Positions 16,628 through 33,404 are shown, numbered from the whole stretch's first letter. The stretch is DNA of 63,586 bases, filler included, from Collodictyon triciliatum (GCA_043381765.1; 20 parts of 20 records of this genome joined end to end with filler, not necessarily neighbours in it); one strand, 5' to 3'. The notes: generated by a model not told the origin, from the sequence alone. Made by a program: numbers and translations.

Positions 16628-18598
16628 CCATCCTCTTATCAGACAAGCATCAAAAAAATGAATCAAGCCGATTGCAGAAAACCAAGAGGGTAATTGAACA
16701 TGTCTTTGACACATATTCGAAAGTATATCCGATTGGATAGCCGATACAACGATCAGCGCTTGCAATGTATATTGTGCTCATCATTCACCATTTTGTCGAA
16801 TTTAGAACCAATGTTCAAGTGCTGGTATCGTAAGTCAGAACCAAGGCTTGAGATTTCCATTGATAATGAAAATCAGAGCAAAGATGAGCAAACGATTTTA
16901 AAACATCATGCACTCTAGCTCATTTATCTTTCAAGTAAAATATTTACGATGGCTCTGTGTGGTTCAGAAACCAAAAAGAAACTTCAAGTCTCACTTCCAT
17001 CAATACTGGGCAATATCGATGTATTTCCTTTCTGATTGTCTCATCAAGCAAAGTATGGAAAGTAAGCCCTTTCCAAGCCTCCCCTATCCTATACAAACTG
17101 AAAGAAAAAAGAAAAAAAGAGGGAATTGATCCACTGTCTCCTGAAAAAACCCCCATACTACGGAATAACATAGTATGTAGAGATCGTTTGAGGCAGGACA
17201 GATTATAATAGACTTTTAGGAATCTATTTGCAAAGCAACAGATAATTGTGTACTTTCACTGGTTATTCTTGATTATCTGTCCTCCTCTTGATCTTTAACA
17301 CAATAGATACCCACATTGGATTTTTTCAATTATCTTTTCAGTTTTTGCAAGATAGAGGATATCTTTGCTTAAACTGTAATACCCATAAGTCAACACGGGT
17401 AGAATATACTGAGGATGACAAGAATATCACTTCTGTCTGTCTGACTGCTCGGTTCATATTCTTTAAAGAAAAAAATATAGAGCATCTAATACGTTGTCAT
17501 CTCCTTGTAAACAGTCCATTTTTTTAGTATCAGGACGAAGAGTGGTTTCTCTTCTTTTTCTTTCAACAGACTTTTGAAACGTGACCGATGGTGGTTTTTG
17601 TTTCTAATAAATCGTACTACTTAATTTCAATCACATCCGTCCTTAGCTCTCACATCAGATAATTCCATCTGATGTTCTTTTTTATTACTTAATAGCCATC
17701 CAAGAAACATCCAATTATGAAATATTAAAATAAAAAATAAGGCCATTCAAAAAGAACATTTCCATTATTTATTTTGATTATCTTATTTAAAATAGCGTGC
17801 ATACATACACATATTATAATTCGTTTGTAAATATCATGTATCTAATAAAGTTTCTTGCTCTAAGAAGCTGTTATATTTCTGATTTTTTTACATTTTTCTT
17901 TTTTTTTTTTNNNNNNNNNNNNNNNNNNNNNNNNNNNNNNNNNNNNNNNNNNNNNNNNNNNTATGATAAGAAATGAATTATCACAGCTATCCTTATCCTC
18001 GTCTTTATTATTCTGATTCTTGGGGCCCTTCAACCCCAATATATTACGGCAGCGACGGCCTTCTGCACATCCGCATCCTCAGCCGGGGCGCTTTCCGAGC
18101 GCAAATGTCATGTCTTCGCTGCCCTTCAGTGATCAGCAAAGGCAATATTCTTGGAAACGAGAAACGCCAGTGATGACATTGAGCGCTGCGGTACGAACAT
18201 TTGTGGGTATATCCATATGCGGAGCACGTTACCAACGAATCACTATATATTATGTATCGTATCAATCATAACGGCACGCTTCCAGTAATGGCATGGTTAA
18301 AATAGAAGCAGTCGTTATCCCTAATTGGAAAACCCAGTTGCGAAGATGGCAAACCAATCAAAACCATCGTTCGGCAGCGAGAGAGTTGCTCCCATACTCA
18401 CCCAGCGAACCCATCAAGCGCGAGAGCAGCCCGAGGGCCTTTCCTTGATCATTTTTTCCTCTGTCATTCCATTTCCTTCGACTTTTTGATCTTGTAAGAC
18501 ACAGTATGACGCAAGCTGCTGAGAAAATATTCTGCTCACGAGCACTACTTTCGTATGGGGTTTACATATCCCATGAAAAGAATATCAATATAACATAG

Positions 18599-19461
18599 CT
18601 CTGCGGGTGAGATGCTGCCAAGTCTGGGCCATAATGGAGCTCATGATTCGCACGGGGCTTCGAGCAATGGACACAGAGGTCGCTTGAGTATCGATGTGGG
18701 GGCGAATCATTCTGAAGACGAGCCACCAGCCAGAAGAATGAGCATCTCGCTTGTCCCGCGACGTTACAGCGTCACCACACCATACGCGTTGCAACCGTCC
18801 TTCGCAACGAATCCCATGAGGTCAGGCACACCAGCAGGAGTGACAGAAGCTGCAACTTCCTTGTCTACAACCATTATGAATCACCCAGGTTTGTCTGCTC
18901 CTATCCATTTTCTCGGGCTGTGCGTGTTGATACAGTCTGTCGTAGAAAGAAATTGAACGAAATATACGGATCTGAAGGAAAAAAAAAAGACAGAAGAGGG
19001 TTTCACGTATCTATGACAGGATGATTATACGATTGTTATGAATAAATTAAACTGATTGCATTATCATATTTAAATATTTTTTCTTTGGGGGTTCAGGGTA
19101 TGGTGAATAGGGACAGACAATCGTTGATATAATTCAGATTTAGAAAAGTAAACCAATTATGGTGATTTTCCTATTGCCACTTATACTTACCACATCCTTA
19201 AATTGTAACCAGGCCTGCGATCCACGCATGAGCAAGATCGTGAAAATATTTCAACCAGCTCAGGAGATGAAGAAGATGGATACAATCGTCATTTAGGAAG
19301 AGAAGATATCTGCAGTGGTAGCTCGGCGTGCGACGATCAAAGAGGGAGCCCCACAGAAGATCATTTGTTCGATCCGCTTCTACTGAACCTTCTTGTTGTT
19401 GGAGCTGAAAAGATGACTTCCATGGCCGTTATTCCACAACTTAAGGCCGCAGGATTCCAAG
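18599..19461 (+). CDS. Exons of a signalling protein: low-complexity region then the start of a receiver-like domain
   Basis: Phase-compatible exons 18599-18888 and 19213-19461. The second ends LNLLVVGAEKMTSMAVIPQLKAAGFQ, resembling the beta1-alpha1 of a response-regulator receiver but lacking the DD pair. Confidence 0.45.
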
Positions 19462-19518
19462 GCAAATTTCCATCACCTAGAACTGATTATAGCTCTTTAA
19501 ACACCAAATAATTTAATG

Positions 19519-19600
<82 letters not shown>

Positions 19601-20154
19601 NNNNNNNNNNNNNNNNNNNNNNNNNNNNNNNNNNNNNNNNNNNNTTAATTAATTAANNNNNNNNNNNNNNNNNNNNNNNNNNNNNNNNNNNNNNNNNNNN
19701 GGAGAAGAAAAAAAGGACACCGAAAGGATTTTTATGGGTCACCGTAAACTTCGTGATTTGGTGGTACATTAATTCGGTTATTAAACAGCACCAACAAAAC
19801 AAACAAACAAACAAACAAACAAACAAACAAACAAACAAACAAACAAACAAACAAAAATAATAAATAGATAAACAAATAAATAAAAAACCAGAAAACAAAC
19901 TAGAAAACAAACTAGAAAACAAACAAGAAAACAAACAAGAAAACAAACAAGAAAACAAACAAGAAAACAAACAAGAAAACAAACAAGAAAACAAACAAGA
20001 AAACAAACAAGAAAACAAACAAGAAAACAAACAAGAAAACAAACAAGAAAACAAACAAGAAAACAAACAAGAAAAGAAAAATAAGAAAAGAAAAAATAAG
20101 AAAACAAACAAGCAAAATGAAAGAGATATATTTAAAAAAAACCACGTACAAACT

Positions 20155-22870
<2,716 letters not shown>

Positions 22871-23051
22871 CAGGAATANNNNNNNNNNNNNNNNNNNNNN
22901 NNNNNNNNNNNNNNNNNNNNNNTTAATTAATTAANNNNNNNNNNNNNNNNNNNNNNNNNNNNNNNNNNNNNNNNNNNNTTCAGAGAATTACTGCGGAATT
23001 GGTAAAAGGAAGAAAAGAAAGACTCTTGTGCAACGCATATTTATTTTCCCA

Positions 23052-25477
23052 GAAGCCGAGAAAACCTGCCAACAACAAACACATAACAATCAACGGAACT
23101 CCAGCTCAGAAGGCAGCAACGAGGTGAGTCGCCTGCTTTTGTGGCAAGTTCAGAGGTGCGGGGAGGTGCGAATCACAAACATCAAGAACTCATTTTTTTT
23201 TCCCTCGTAGCTCAGAACACTGAAGAATACCGTGTGACTCGAGAGAACATGTATCAATATGAAGATGATCCGAGAATACAAGTGGTTAGGGCAAGATTAT
23301 TATTTTTTTTTTTGTGCTTTCTCTTCCTCTTTTTTCTTTCTCTTTTTCTCTTTTTTCTTTTTCCCTTTTTCTCTTTTCTCTTTTTTTCTTTCACTCTCTT
23401 TCATTCTTTATCATTCTCTTTTACTCTTTTTTCTCTCTTTTTCCCCTTTTTTCTTTTTCTTTTTCTTTCTTTTCTCTTTCTCTCTTTTTCCCTTTTCCTT
23501 TTCCCTTTTCCCTTTTCCCTTTTCTCTCTTTTCTCTCTTTTCTCTCTTTTCTCCCTTTTCTCCCTTTTCTCCCTTTTCTCCCTTTTCTCCCTTTTTTTTC
23601 TCTCTTTTTCTCTCTTTTTCTCTCTTTTTCTCTCTTTTTCTCTCTTTTTCTCTCTTTTTCTCTTCCCTTTTTTCCCTTTTCTCTCTTTCCTCTCTGTTTT
23701 TCTATGTTTTTCTATGTTTTTCTCTTTTCTCTCTTTTTTCTCTTTTTTCTCTTTTTCCTTTTACCATTATTCTCCTAAAACTCACTGCCACTATCTAAGC
23801 CCTTTCACCTAACCATTTTTTTTATTTTATTCTCTGTGTCACAGCCGACCGTCCGAACGAAGGAAAAGCAAGTGCTGTACGATTTTGTGTCCATACGAGC
23901 ACTTCACTTCGGATACGACGGTGGAGAATACCCAGGCGACATTATCAATTGCACTTGGCTCAGTATCCCGGACAGTGATATTACCCAATTGCCCGATACC
24001 TTATCGTTTCTAACAAACTTGAGACAAGTCTCGCTAGAATATAACACCCTTACGTGCATACCTGAGGGCCTTTTCCATGCGACCAAATTGACATATTTAT
24101 GCTTTTTTGCCAATCCCTGCAGCACGATATCCACACGGATATCATCCCTCTCTTCTCTCGAGGTACTGGATATTAGCAGCTGTAGCTTTACCTCGCTTCC
24201 AGACGAGTTTTTTGCACTGAATATGCTGAGAGAGTTACGTATTGATCAGAATCCAATTAGAACTCTTCCTGATTCTATTACTCGTTTGTCCAAAGTGACA
24301 CAGCTTAGCATTTCGGAAACTGATGTACGTAATATCCACTCCTCTTACTGCAGCTTTCTTTACTTCTTGCTCCGTTCATTTTCCTCCTCTCATTTCGGAA
24401 CTGTTTCCATAAATATTAGGTGATAATTCGTGATTATAAATACAAAATAATTAAATGATAAATTTATATGGCATTTTATCAGATTGATGTACTGCCACGA
24501 AATTTTTCGAGATTACAAAGGCTTCAGAGTTTCGCATGGATGTATTATGCATATCCTAGGTCCACGTATAGGCGAGCCCACACCAGTGTTCAAACGATGA
24601 CTTTCTTCAAAAACAGGAACCGGAATCTAAGAGCAGATCCGGGTGTGATACAAAACAATCTAGACGATGTTCAATTTTATGAAATTATTCGTCCCTACGA
24701 GCACATTAAGAGTCTGACAAGTGAAGTGTTGGAATGGGTGAACACGGAGTCTATTGACTTGTCTCACAACAAAGTAATCCTTTTATGTCTTGTTTTAGCT
24801 TATTCACCACAATCTTCGTATTATGTTTTCCGTTTTACTATTTTGGCTGTTCTTGCATATAAAATAATATATCGCCTAGTATGTTGCACTTCTTTAAGCT
24901 TCTTTTTTTTTCTAGTCAAGATACCAAACTTTAACACTAATTAGCTGTCGACTTTGCCTGACTCCTTTTCGATGCTGACTGCATTGAGAAAGTTATGCTT
25001 GCATGCAAACCAGGTTAGTGAGAATGACCCAGCACTGAATCGTTTTGTAATTACATTATTATCACCAGCTAGAAGGGCTATTTCGCTTGCATAAAGATGC
25101 ATTATGCGTCATGAGGATATATCTGGTTTTTAATAATGAAAACTGCATTAACAGTTTGAGGATTTTCCCATGGTGGTTTTGCAGTTAAAAACGCTTGAGT
25201 GTCTGGACATATCGCAAAGCAAGGTACCATTTTTTTTTTTGATGTTTTCAAGAGTGACTCACGTGGTCGGATATTAGCTGTGTTCATAGGTGAATCATAT
25301 AAGAGGTGCTTCGGTTTCTTCTGTCTTTTTTTTTTTTTCCTTTTAAAAATAATCATGAGATAAAAATATCGATTATTCAAGATTTCCGTTCTTCCCACGG
25401 CTGGAATCACGTCATCAAGACCCGAAAAGTCTCCTCCCGAGCTTTCACAACTCAAAAAGCGTCCATTTGAAAATTAA
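23052..25477 (+). CDS. Leucine-rich repeat protein, multi-exon
   Basis: Exons at about 23845-24324, 24483-24772 and 24945-25012 give LPDTLSFLTNLRQVSLEYNTLTCIP, LSSLEVLDISSCSFTSLPDEF, LRIDQNPIRTLPDSITRL and IDLSHNK|LSTLPDSFSMLTALRKLCLHANQ. The outer exon limits are uncertain. Confidence 0.8.
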
Positions 25478-25860
25478 TATCGAGAGATACAATTTGTCTC
25501 TCTGGAGCTTTTATAGCTTCTCATCCACGGGCCTCTGAGGTTTCCAAATAAACCGCACAGAAATAAAATAACAGCAAACTTTTGTTATAGGCTCATTTTT
25601 CATCGTGTGTCGATCTAGTTTCTTCCGTTTATATAGTACTCTTCTGACATGTCATCGAGGTCTATTGACGCTATTTAAATCATGTTTAATCTGACTATAT
25701 CCTATCCATCTTCATTATTCATTGAGCTATTTTATTTTATTTTCTGCCGTTCTCATTGTCGGACGACCGGGTGGTATGGTCGAGCTCCATGCCTCACAAA
25801 TAGAGATTGCGCTATTTTTCTTGTGTGGAGGTCTTGCTTGGAGCGCTGCGTTTGGCGACA

Positions 25861-26038
25861 TCAGACCGGAAATGCAATGAAGAGGACAGCGATGAGATTC
25901 AAGACTAAAGCGGCAACAAGAAGACCGATATGCTTCGGGTGTGTGATTTCCCTGTAGGAGAGAATGCTCCACAGCGCAGTCACAACGACAGGGCCCATGC
26001 AAACCATCGGGAAGGCTATAATTTGAGACATTATCCCC
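25861..26038 (-). CDS. TMEM144-like (DMT-type) transporter, last exon
   Basis: IIAFPMVCMGPVVVTALWSILSYREITHPKHIGLLVAALVLNLIAVLFIAFPV* parallels the TMEM144 C-terminus (SFPII..GP..IA..WG....KEI). Confidence 0.65.
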
Positions 26039-26150
26039 TTTGATTTTGCACAAAAACCACGTTTCCCTTTGGTTTTGCACAAAAACCACGTTTCCCTTTG
26101 GTTTTGCACAAAAACCACGTTTCCCTTTGGTTTTGCACAAAAACCACGTT
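26035..26150 (+). repeat. 29-bp tandem repeat (GTTTTGCACAAAAACCACGTTTCCCTTTG), about 4 copies, runs into the gap
   Basis: Units are directly adjacent with no spacers. Confidence 0.9.
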
Positions 26151-26499
26151 NNNNNNNNNNNNNNNNNNNNNNNNNNNNNNNNNNNNNNNNNNNNTTAATT
26201 AATTAANNNNNNNNNNNNNNNNNNNNNNNNNNNNNNNNNNNNNNNNNNNNGAGAAAGAAAGTGGAATTTTGATGGAATAATGAACACAACATTTATGCGT
26301 ATAGTGAATTTGTGACCAGTTCAAATATGAACATACATATATATATGAACATTACAAAGTCTGGTCAACAGCGAAAACACTTTCGTCTTCACCGTTATGG
26401 TGTGGTGTTTGGTCTGCAGTGACAGGAAGGAAATGAAGGGAAAGAATGAGAAAGTAAACCTCGTGTTTTGGGGAAGAATATCTTCCTCTGCAGGAATTG

Positions 26500-26835
26500 A
26501 TTATGCCATTTGTTTCCAGGGAGGAACGCTCGATATCACGACAGGCCCAGAGTCCACTTGGTCATCCATTTCTTTGGAAGGCCTGGCTGAAAACCATGCA
26601 TGTAAGTTCAATTCACGGAGACAGCGACCTCCATGACTGTTGCTGGAGTCTAGCTTGCAGAATCTGAGCTAGATGCACAAAATGAAATTCCTTCATTATG
26701 AATTCTCCATAGCAACGACTTGAATATTGACAAAATTGTATTCTATAGCATGATTGTGGTTAAGTTGATTGGCATTTCATCCAAAGAGAGCGAAGTATGA
26801 AACATGTAAGAGTTATGAATGGAGATCGAAAGTGG

Positions 26836-26927
<92 letters not shown>

Positions 26928-27515
26928 ACAAGTCTATAACAGGCATAACAGAACAAACAGAAAAACTCAGTGTATATTTGAAACCTTTCCGTCTGCTGAG
27001 CCCACCACAAATCGCTCATTGTCTGGGTCAATATGCAAGGACAACAACGACGATGTGGAAAGAATATCACTTTGGTAAACAAGCTGTTTTTTGAAGGAGA
27101 TTCCATACTTTGAAGCTTCTATCTTCGCTGTAGGTCACTAGAAACTCGTCTTTTTTGCCGCCAAACATAACACATGTGATTATTCGTTCATGACCCTTCC
27201 AGAAGGATAACATACTTGTTTGTCTAAAAATATGAATTAGATTGATTTATAGGAAGATATAGACAGATAAAGACTTTTCACTCCATGAGTTTTGAAATAA
27301 GAAACATATAACAAGGAATTCAATACCAATAAAAAGAATATTCTGACGGATGAATAAATAATTTTTTTCAAAAAAAAATTACAAGGTCTACCGAAACTTG
27401 AAAGATGTCATATGTATTATCAGCGGCCAGACCGACGAAGGTTCCGGTTGGGTCGAATGTTATGAAGGATGCATCACCACAACCCCGTGAAATGAGATGC
27501 GATTTTGTATCAACT
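26500..27515 (-). CDS. WDR27-like WD40 protein, exons with one apparent homopolymer frameshift
   Basis: KGHERIITCVMFGGKKDEFLVTYSEDRSFKVWNLLQK / QLVYQSDILSTSSLLSLHIDPDNERFVVGSADGK matches WDR27 (SEDRGFKVWD...IYSSSVLSAYPLLSLFID...GCADGQ). The frame changes at a T6 run near 27087-27092. Confidence 0.7.
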
Positions 27516-30500
27516 TTGTAAACAATAAAAACAATAATAAAAACAATAAAAAATAAAAACATTAATGATAGAAAATAAATCAAAATTTTGTATGGCACTG
27601 TGTTTTCCATGAAAAAACTATAAATTAACAAAAGAAAATGGGATAATGTTCATAAGATAACATAACATAATTAAGCATAACAAACATGTGTCTGGGGTTC
27701 AGAGTATGTCACGAAACAGCATTACGTCCTTTATAACAGTACACATTTGAAACAATCAATCATAATCAAAAAAAAAAAAAGAAGAAAACTTCTATGAATA
27801 AACGTTTGAATTACAGATATTTAATTTATATTGTAGATAATTGATCATATATACTGGTTTACATGTTTTTGATATTGCCTAGCAGGATTATAGATTCCCG
27901 AATCCAAAAAAAGTGGAGCCAAATTGAAGCATAAGTGTCGAGTGGGCGTTGATGCGCACTTAGTAAAGTGACCGGCTAGGATTGCATATGTATGAGCGAT
28001 TCGGTATTAATCTCAACAATATAATGAAACTTCTAAAAATTGTATTTTATTGACGAGATTATTCAACATGCAGAAAGGAAAGCATAAATATGAACAATTT
28101 TATGTAATTTAAATANNNNNNNNNNNNNNNNNNNNNNNNNNNNNNNNNNNNNNNNNNNNNNNNNNNNNNNNNNNNNNNNNNNNNNNNNNNNNNNNNNNNN
28201 NNNNNNNNNNNNNNNNNNNNNNNNNNNNNNNNNNNNNNNNNNNNNNNNNNNNNNNNNNNNNNNNNNNNNNNNNNNNNNNNNNNNNNNNNNNNNNNNNNNN
28301 NNNNNNNNNNNNNNNNNNNNNNNNNNNNNNNNNNNNNNNNNNNNNNNNNNNNNNNNNNNNNNNNNNNNNNNNNNNNNNNNNNNNNNNNNNNNNNNNNNNN
28401 NNNNNNNNNNNNNNNNNNNNNNNNNNNNNNNNNNNNNNNNNNNNNNNNNNNNNNNNNNNNNNNNNNNNNNNNNNNNNNNNNNNNNNNNNNNNNNNNNNNN
28501 NNNNNNNNNNNNNNNNNNNNNNNNNNNNNNNNNNNNNNNNNNNNNNNNNNNNNNNNNNNNNNNNNNNNNNNNNNNNNNNNNNNNNNNNNNNNNNNNNNNN
28601 NNNNNNNNNNNNNNNNNNNNNNNNNNNNNNNNNNNNNNNNNNNNNNNNNNNNNAATTGCCGAAAAAGGAAAGATCGACGCAGGCGAAATAATTCTTCTGC
28701 CACTTACCTACTAGAGCCCTTAAGTTTAGTCTGTTTATACTGAGAATTATTGAATCGGTGTAAATTGTGTAAGTACATTTATTGCATCATCTGTATGTAA
28801 CTTATAATGTATCCAAGCGGTTAGAAAGGATGCATGATATATATCCCACATTCGTATAATTCCTTTTGAATTTATTTTCCATTTTTGTATAAGTTTCATA
28901 TAAAATCCTTTATGCAAATGTGGATAGAATATGTTATTTGGTTTTTTCAATCTGGTATTTTTGTCTAAGACTTCATCCGTTCTCTGGTTTCCGTTGGGTT
29001 CGCAATTATCCGAAGCTGAAGAACAACACTCTCGACGGCAAAGATCTCTTCCGTGGTTCGGGTATCCTATCACTCTCGAGGAATACCTGCAGCACTTTCT
29101 GTGCCTATACTGGTTCTCGAAAGTGCTCTATTGCGATCGAGAGGGTTGAAAAATAAACAAGAAAAAGCTCGCACTGTCAACTAATCATGTTTGTATCAAG
29201 CAAGCAGCGTTAAGAATGGGTGACGCTTCTCCGCCAACAAATGCCAGGTCTTTTTCGATCTTTGGTTTGTTTTTACTTGTTTATGAGTTCTTGGACAAAT
29301 ATTTTCGTGACATACATACATACATACATACATACATACATACATACATACATACATACATACATACATACATACATACATACATACATACATACATACA
29401 TACATACATACATACATACATACATACANNNNNNNNNNNNNNNNNNNNNNNNNNNNNNNNNNNNNNNNNNNNTTAATTAATTAANNNNNNNNNNNNNNNN
29501 NNNNNNNNNNNNNNNNNNNNNNNNNNNNAAATAAAACAAAATAAAACAAAATAAAACAAAATAAAACAAAATAAAACAAAACAAAACAAAACAAAACAAA
29601 ACAAAACAAAACAAAACAAAACAAAACAAAACAAAACAAAACAAAACAAAACAAAACAAAACAAAACAAAACAAACCTGAACAAACCAGTCATCTTTGGT
29701 CTTATTCTATCACACAGGACTATTATGCGGCTTTTGCAGATACATGTTTTACATGCGGGAAGAAAATTCTTGACGAGGCGATAACAGCGTCACAAAGATC
29801 ATACCATCGAAAATGTTTTGGTAAGCATTTCGATATTCTTTATTTTGTAATAACGTAAGTAAAATTATTGAATCGAATAAAGGAAAAAAAACGTAAGTAA
29901 AATTATTGAGGTAATCGTTGCCTTCATCTGTGTTATAGTTTGTGAAGTCTGCAAAAGTATCCTCCCGATGGACTTTCATTCTCGAAATGGACATATATTC
30001 TGTGATGAGCATAACAAAGTAGCAATACAAGATCCACCACCGCAAGGTTCTAAGAGGTAGCATCAACATTTCCTTCTCCATTTTATCATGTATCATATTT
30101 TTTGAAGCAATGATTCAATAATAAACTCATATCAATCGCTCACATATATTCATTACGACACATAATTGTCATCTTCGATTCGCATAATTATACAATCCAT
30201 ACGAATGTAGAGCACCCCAAAGTCTCGAAACAGGTCTATATACTCACTTCTTTTACCTGTTTCTTGCCCGAAACATACCTTTGTATAGTGGAAATATAAA
30301 CCTTAACTTAATCACATTCATCCTCTAGTTTGAGAATTCATTAAGAGAATTTGATATTTTCAGATCAATATCTAACACTTTTGATACCAATAATTAAGAA
30401 CAAAGCTATTTACTCATAAAATAGATATTATAATTGCTCAAAGAACCACGCTTCGCGAGGGTGTTGCCACGGAACAAGTGATTTTTCAATCCTACATGCT

Positions 30501-30563
30501 TTTGGTGCTGCTTTAGTTTTATATTTCTATGAACCTAAATCACTACTATTTATTTTTGCACAG

Positions 30564-32475
30564 TATCAGCTGAAAGGATATCGCCAAGAGATCGAAAAAG
30601 AAGTACAGAAAATAAATAGTGAAGCGGTCTTTTTCACCACACCACTGACATATTCTTTTCTGTTACTATAATGCACTAATAATATGTTCCTTCGTCCAGC
30701 TTCGATTGGAGAATGAATCATTAAAATTGGAGCTAGCTCGGCTGAGGGTAAATCCTATTACATTTATTCTTTTACAAGATTTCTTTTTATTCGAATGTAC
30801 TCCAAAAATTGGGTAAAGAATCATTAATTAATATAATTTCCTATTTCAATAGGATATAAATGATAGCATTCAAAAAGAAATTGCAGATGAAAAGAAGAAG
30901 AGATTTCTGTGTGAAAAACAAATTAAGGTGTCTTTCATGTATTTTATTGCTTAATATGTATATATTTAATCCAACACGTTTAACTATTTAAAAGGAAAAA
31001 ATTACACGTTTAAATTTACGATGACTTGATAAACAATTTCAAGGCCAATGCCGAGGAAATAAACCGCTTGTCACAAGTACCCAGCCAACCTTCAGGCTTA
31101 AGTGAAATATCACTTCTGAGAGAAAGACTAAAGGTTAAATGTCTATCCTTTTCCCGCCTTTATAAATCTGTGAATGTACCATTTTTATCTATGTAATGTG
31201 CATGTACATAGCCCTATCTTTGATCGAAATGAATTCTATCAGACCTCCAATAATGAGTTGGACGAGGCCCACGTTCAAATCGAAGAATTAAATACTAAGC
31301 TTTTCGAAGTCGAGGCCAAATCGAAGGCAAGCAATACCCTGGCAACAATTTCTTTACTTTATTTTTAACTTTTTGTAAAGTCTAGCGCAGCAGACCTTAT
31401 TTTTCTTCTAATCATTTCAGTATATTTGTAGAAGGACGCTGCTGATATAATCAATAAGGCAAGAGAAATTACAAAAAAGGCCGAAGAGAAAGCAGGCGAA
31501 GCTGAAAAGAGAGCAGCCAAGGCCGAAGAGCAACTTCGTTTACTAATACAAAAGTACACTTATTCTTAAATCTCTCATCGTAAATATTACCCGAATGTTT
31601 CTAATTCCTCGAACGTTTGATTTTTTCGATATATTTTGAATTATGAGAGAAGTGATTGAGTGAGACTTGATATAATCGTTCATTTGTATAGGATAAAGGC
31701 CTCTCAGACTGGGGTCAGCAACACTTCTCCAGGGTTTGCTTCGCCTTCGCCTTCGCCTTTGTCTTCGCCTGCTCCGCCGCCGCCTCCACCGCCTTCCGCC
31801 CCAATTACGACTATCAGAATCCCCACAACAAAAACGGAGAATACGACCGACACAAAACAAAAAAGTAATTGATTCCATCGGCAACCAGGAATATGCAAAA
31901 ACAAAAAACAAAAAACAAAAAACAAAAAACAAAAAACAAAAAACAAAAAACAAAAAACAAAAAACAAAAAACAAAAAACAAAAAACAAAAAACAAAAAAC
32001 AAAAAACAAAAAACAAAACCAAAACCAAAAAACAACTTTATTTAATACAAGTATATGCATGGCTGTTAGGTATTCAATTACCCGAGAAAACAGAGTCCAG
32101 AAGCGCAGTATTGGCATCCATAAACTCATTTGACACATCCAAGCTGAAGAAAACAGTCACAATAGACCCAGTGAGTCTTGCTTTGAAAACATCTTTTGAA
32201 AAACCAGGACAAAAAGGAAGAATACCATCCTTAACACATAAACATTGCATTCTTCTCATGCAAACAACGAATCCTCTGCTTTTCCTTCAGAAAACTGCTT
32301 CAAAACCAAACTACGAGTCCGGAGGTCAGTTTCTTTGATGCACATGTATTTTATAAAACTATGGCATTCATATGGTTCTATCCAATTCACTCATTTTTGT
32401 TCCTCGCTAGTTGAATCGATGCTCCGAGCAGCTCTCCTCGGGAGAGTAAGCCAGCTCCCAGGAGATGACGATTAG
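30564..32475 (+). CDS. Coiled-coil, proline-rich and WH2 actin-binding protein, 3' part
   Basis: Short GT-AG exons encode heptad-rich helices, then SPAPPPPPPPSAP, then WH2-like SRSAVLASINSFDTSKLKKTVTID, ending ESMLRAALLGRVSQLPGDDD*. Confidence 0.7.
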
Positions 32476-32594
32476 ATAGACAGGGAATTCAGATTATAAA
32501 AGAGCGAAAAGGGTGAATGAAAAGTAAAAGAATAAAAAGAAAAAGAGAAAAAAAAGAAAGAGAAAAAAAAGAAAGAGAAAAAAAAGAAAGAGAG

Positions 32595-32702
<108 letters not shown>

Positions 32703-32802
32703 NNNNNNNNNNNNNNNNNNNNNNNNNNNNNNNNNNNNNNNNNNNNTTAATTAATTAANNNNNNNNNNNNNNNNNNNNNNNNNNNNNNNNNNNNNNNNNN
32801 NN

Positions 32803-33396
32803 AATAAACTGCGCAGCGACAAAGCTGTTGGGACGAGCGTTATCGTGTCTATTTGCTAGACAGCTCGGGGTAGCAATATTCGCACGAGAAGAGTACTCGA
32901 CTTTGTCATATCTCGTGAGAATAGGCAGCTGATTATAGGAAAGAAAAAACAATATAAGAGAGTGAAGAGAGAAAAAGACAAACTAAGTAATTGCGAGAGA
33001 GTAATCTCTCATCGCGACAAATTAATTAGGGTTCTACTCCCCAAAACTAACCCTAATAACATTTTGAAGATAAACCCATCTTACCTCACGTTGAGAGTAT
33101 TGCACAAGGAGATACAAATGTGGAGATGAAATGCAGTATATATATCATACAATAGTAGCAACTATTTGTGTCATGGGTCGTGCCCAAAGTTGGAAGATAG
33201 ATATCTCCTTCCATATGTGTAATATCTATATGTAGCATGATTGCGCAGTTCTCAGAAAGCAGATAGCCTCACGCAAAGGGGATAAGCACGTTGTTCGCGC
33301 AAGTCGTGTGTTATGTGTTCTATGCGATTGCGTGCTCCAGCCTTCAAGATAGAGAGGGTGTGTGCTTCAAAGCCTAAATACTTCTAGCTATCACAC
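32803..33396 (-). repeat. About 600-bp LTR-like repeat, copy 1
   Basis: Direct repeat of 35061-35660 with conserved ends and a diverged middle. The minus strand starts TGTGATA. Confidence 0.75.
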
Positions 33397-33404
33397 GTCC
33401 AAAA

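Noticed and set aside
26035-26150. 29-bp repeats as a CRISPR array
   Set aside because: The units are contiguous with no unique spacers, the context is a eukaryotic intron, and there are no cas genes.
27080-27095. Programmed frameshift or alternative genetic code
   Set aside because: The break is at a homopolymer typical of sequencing error, and complete genes here end in TAA, TAG and TGA, consistent with the standard code.
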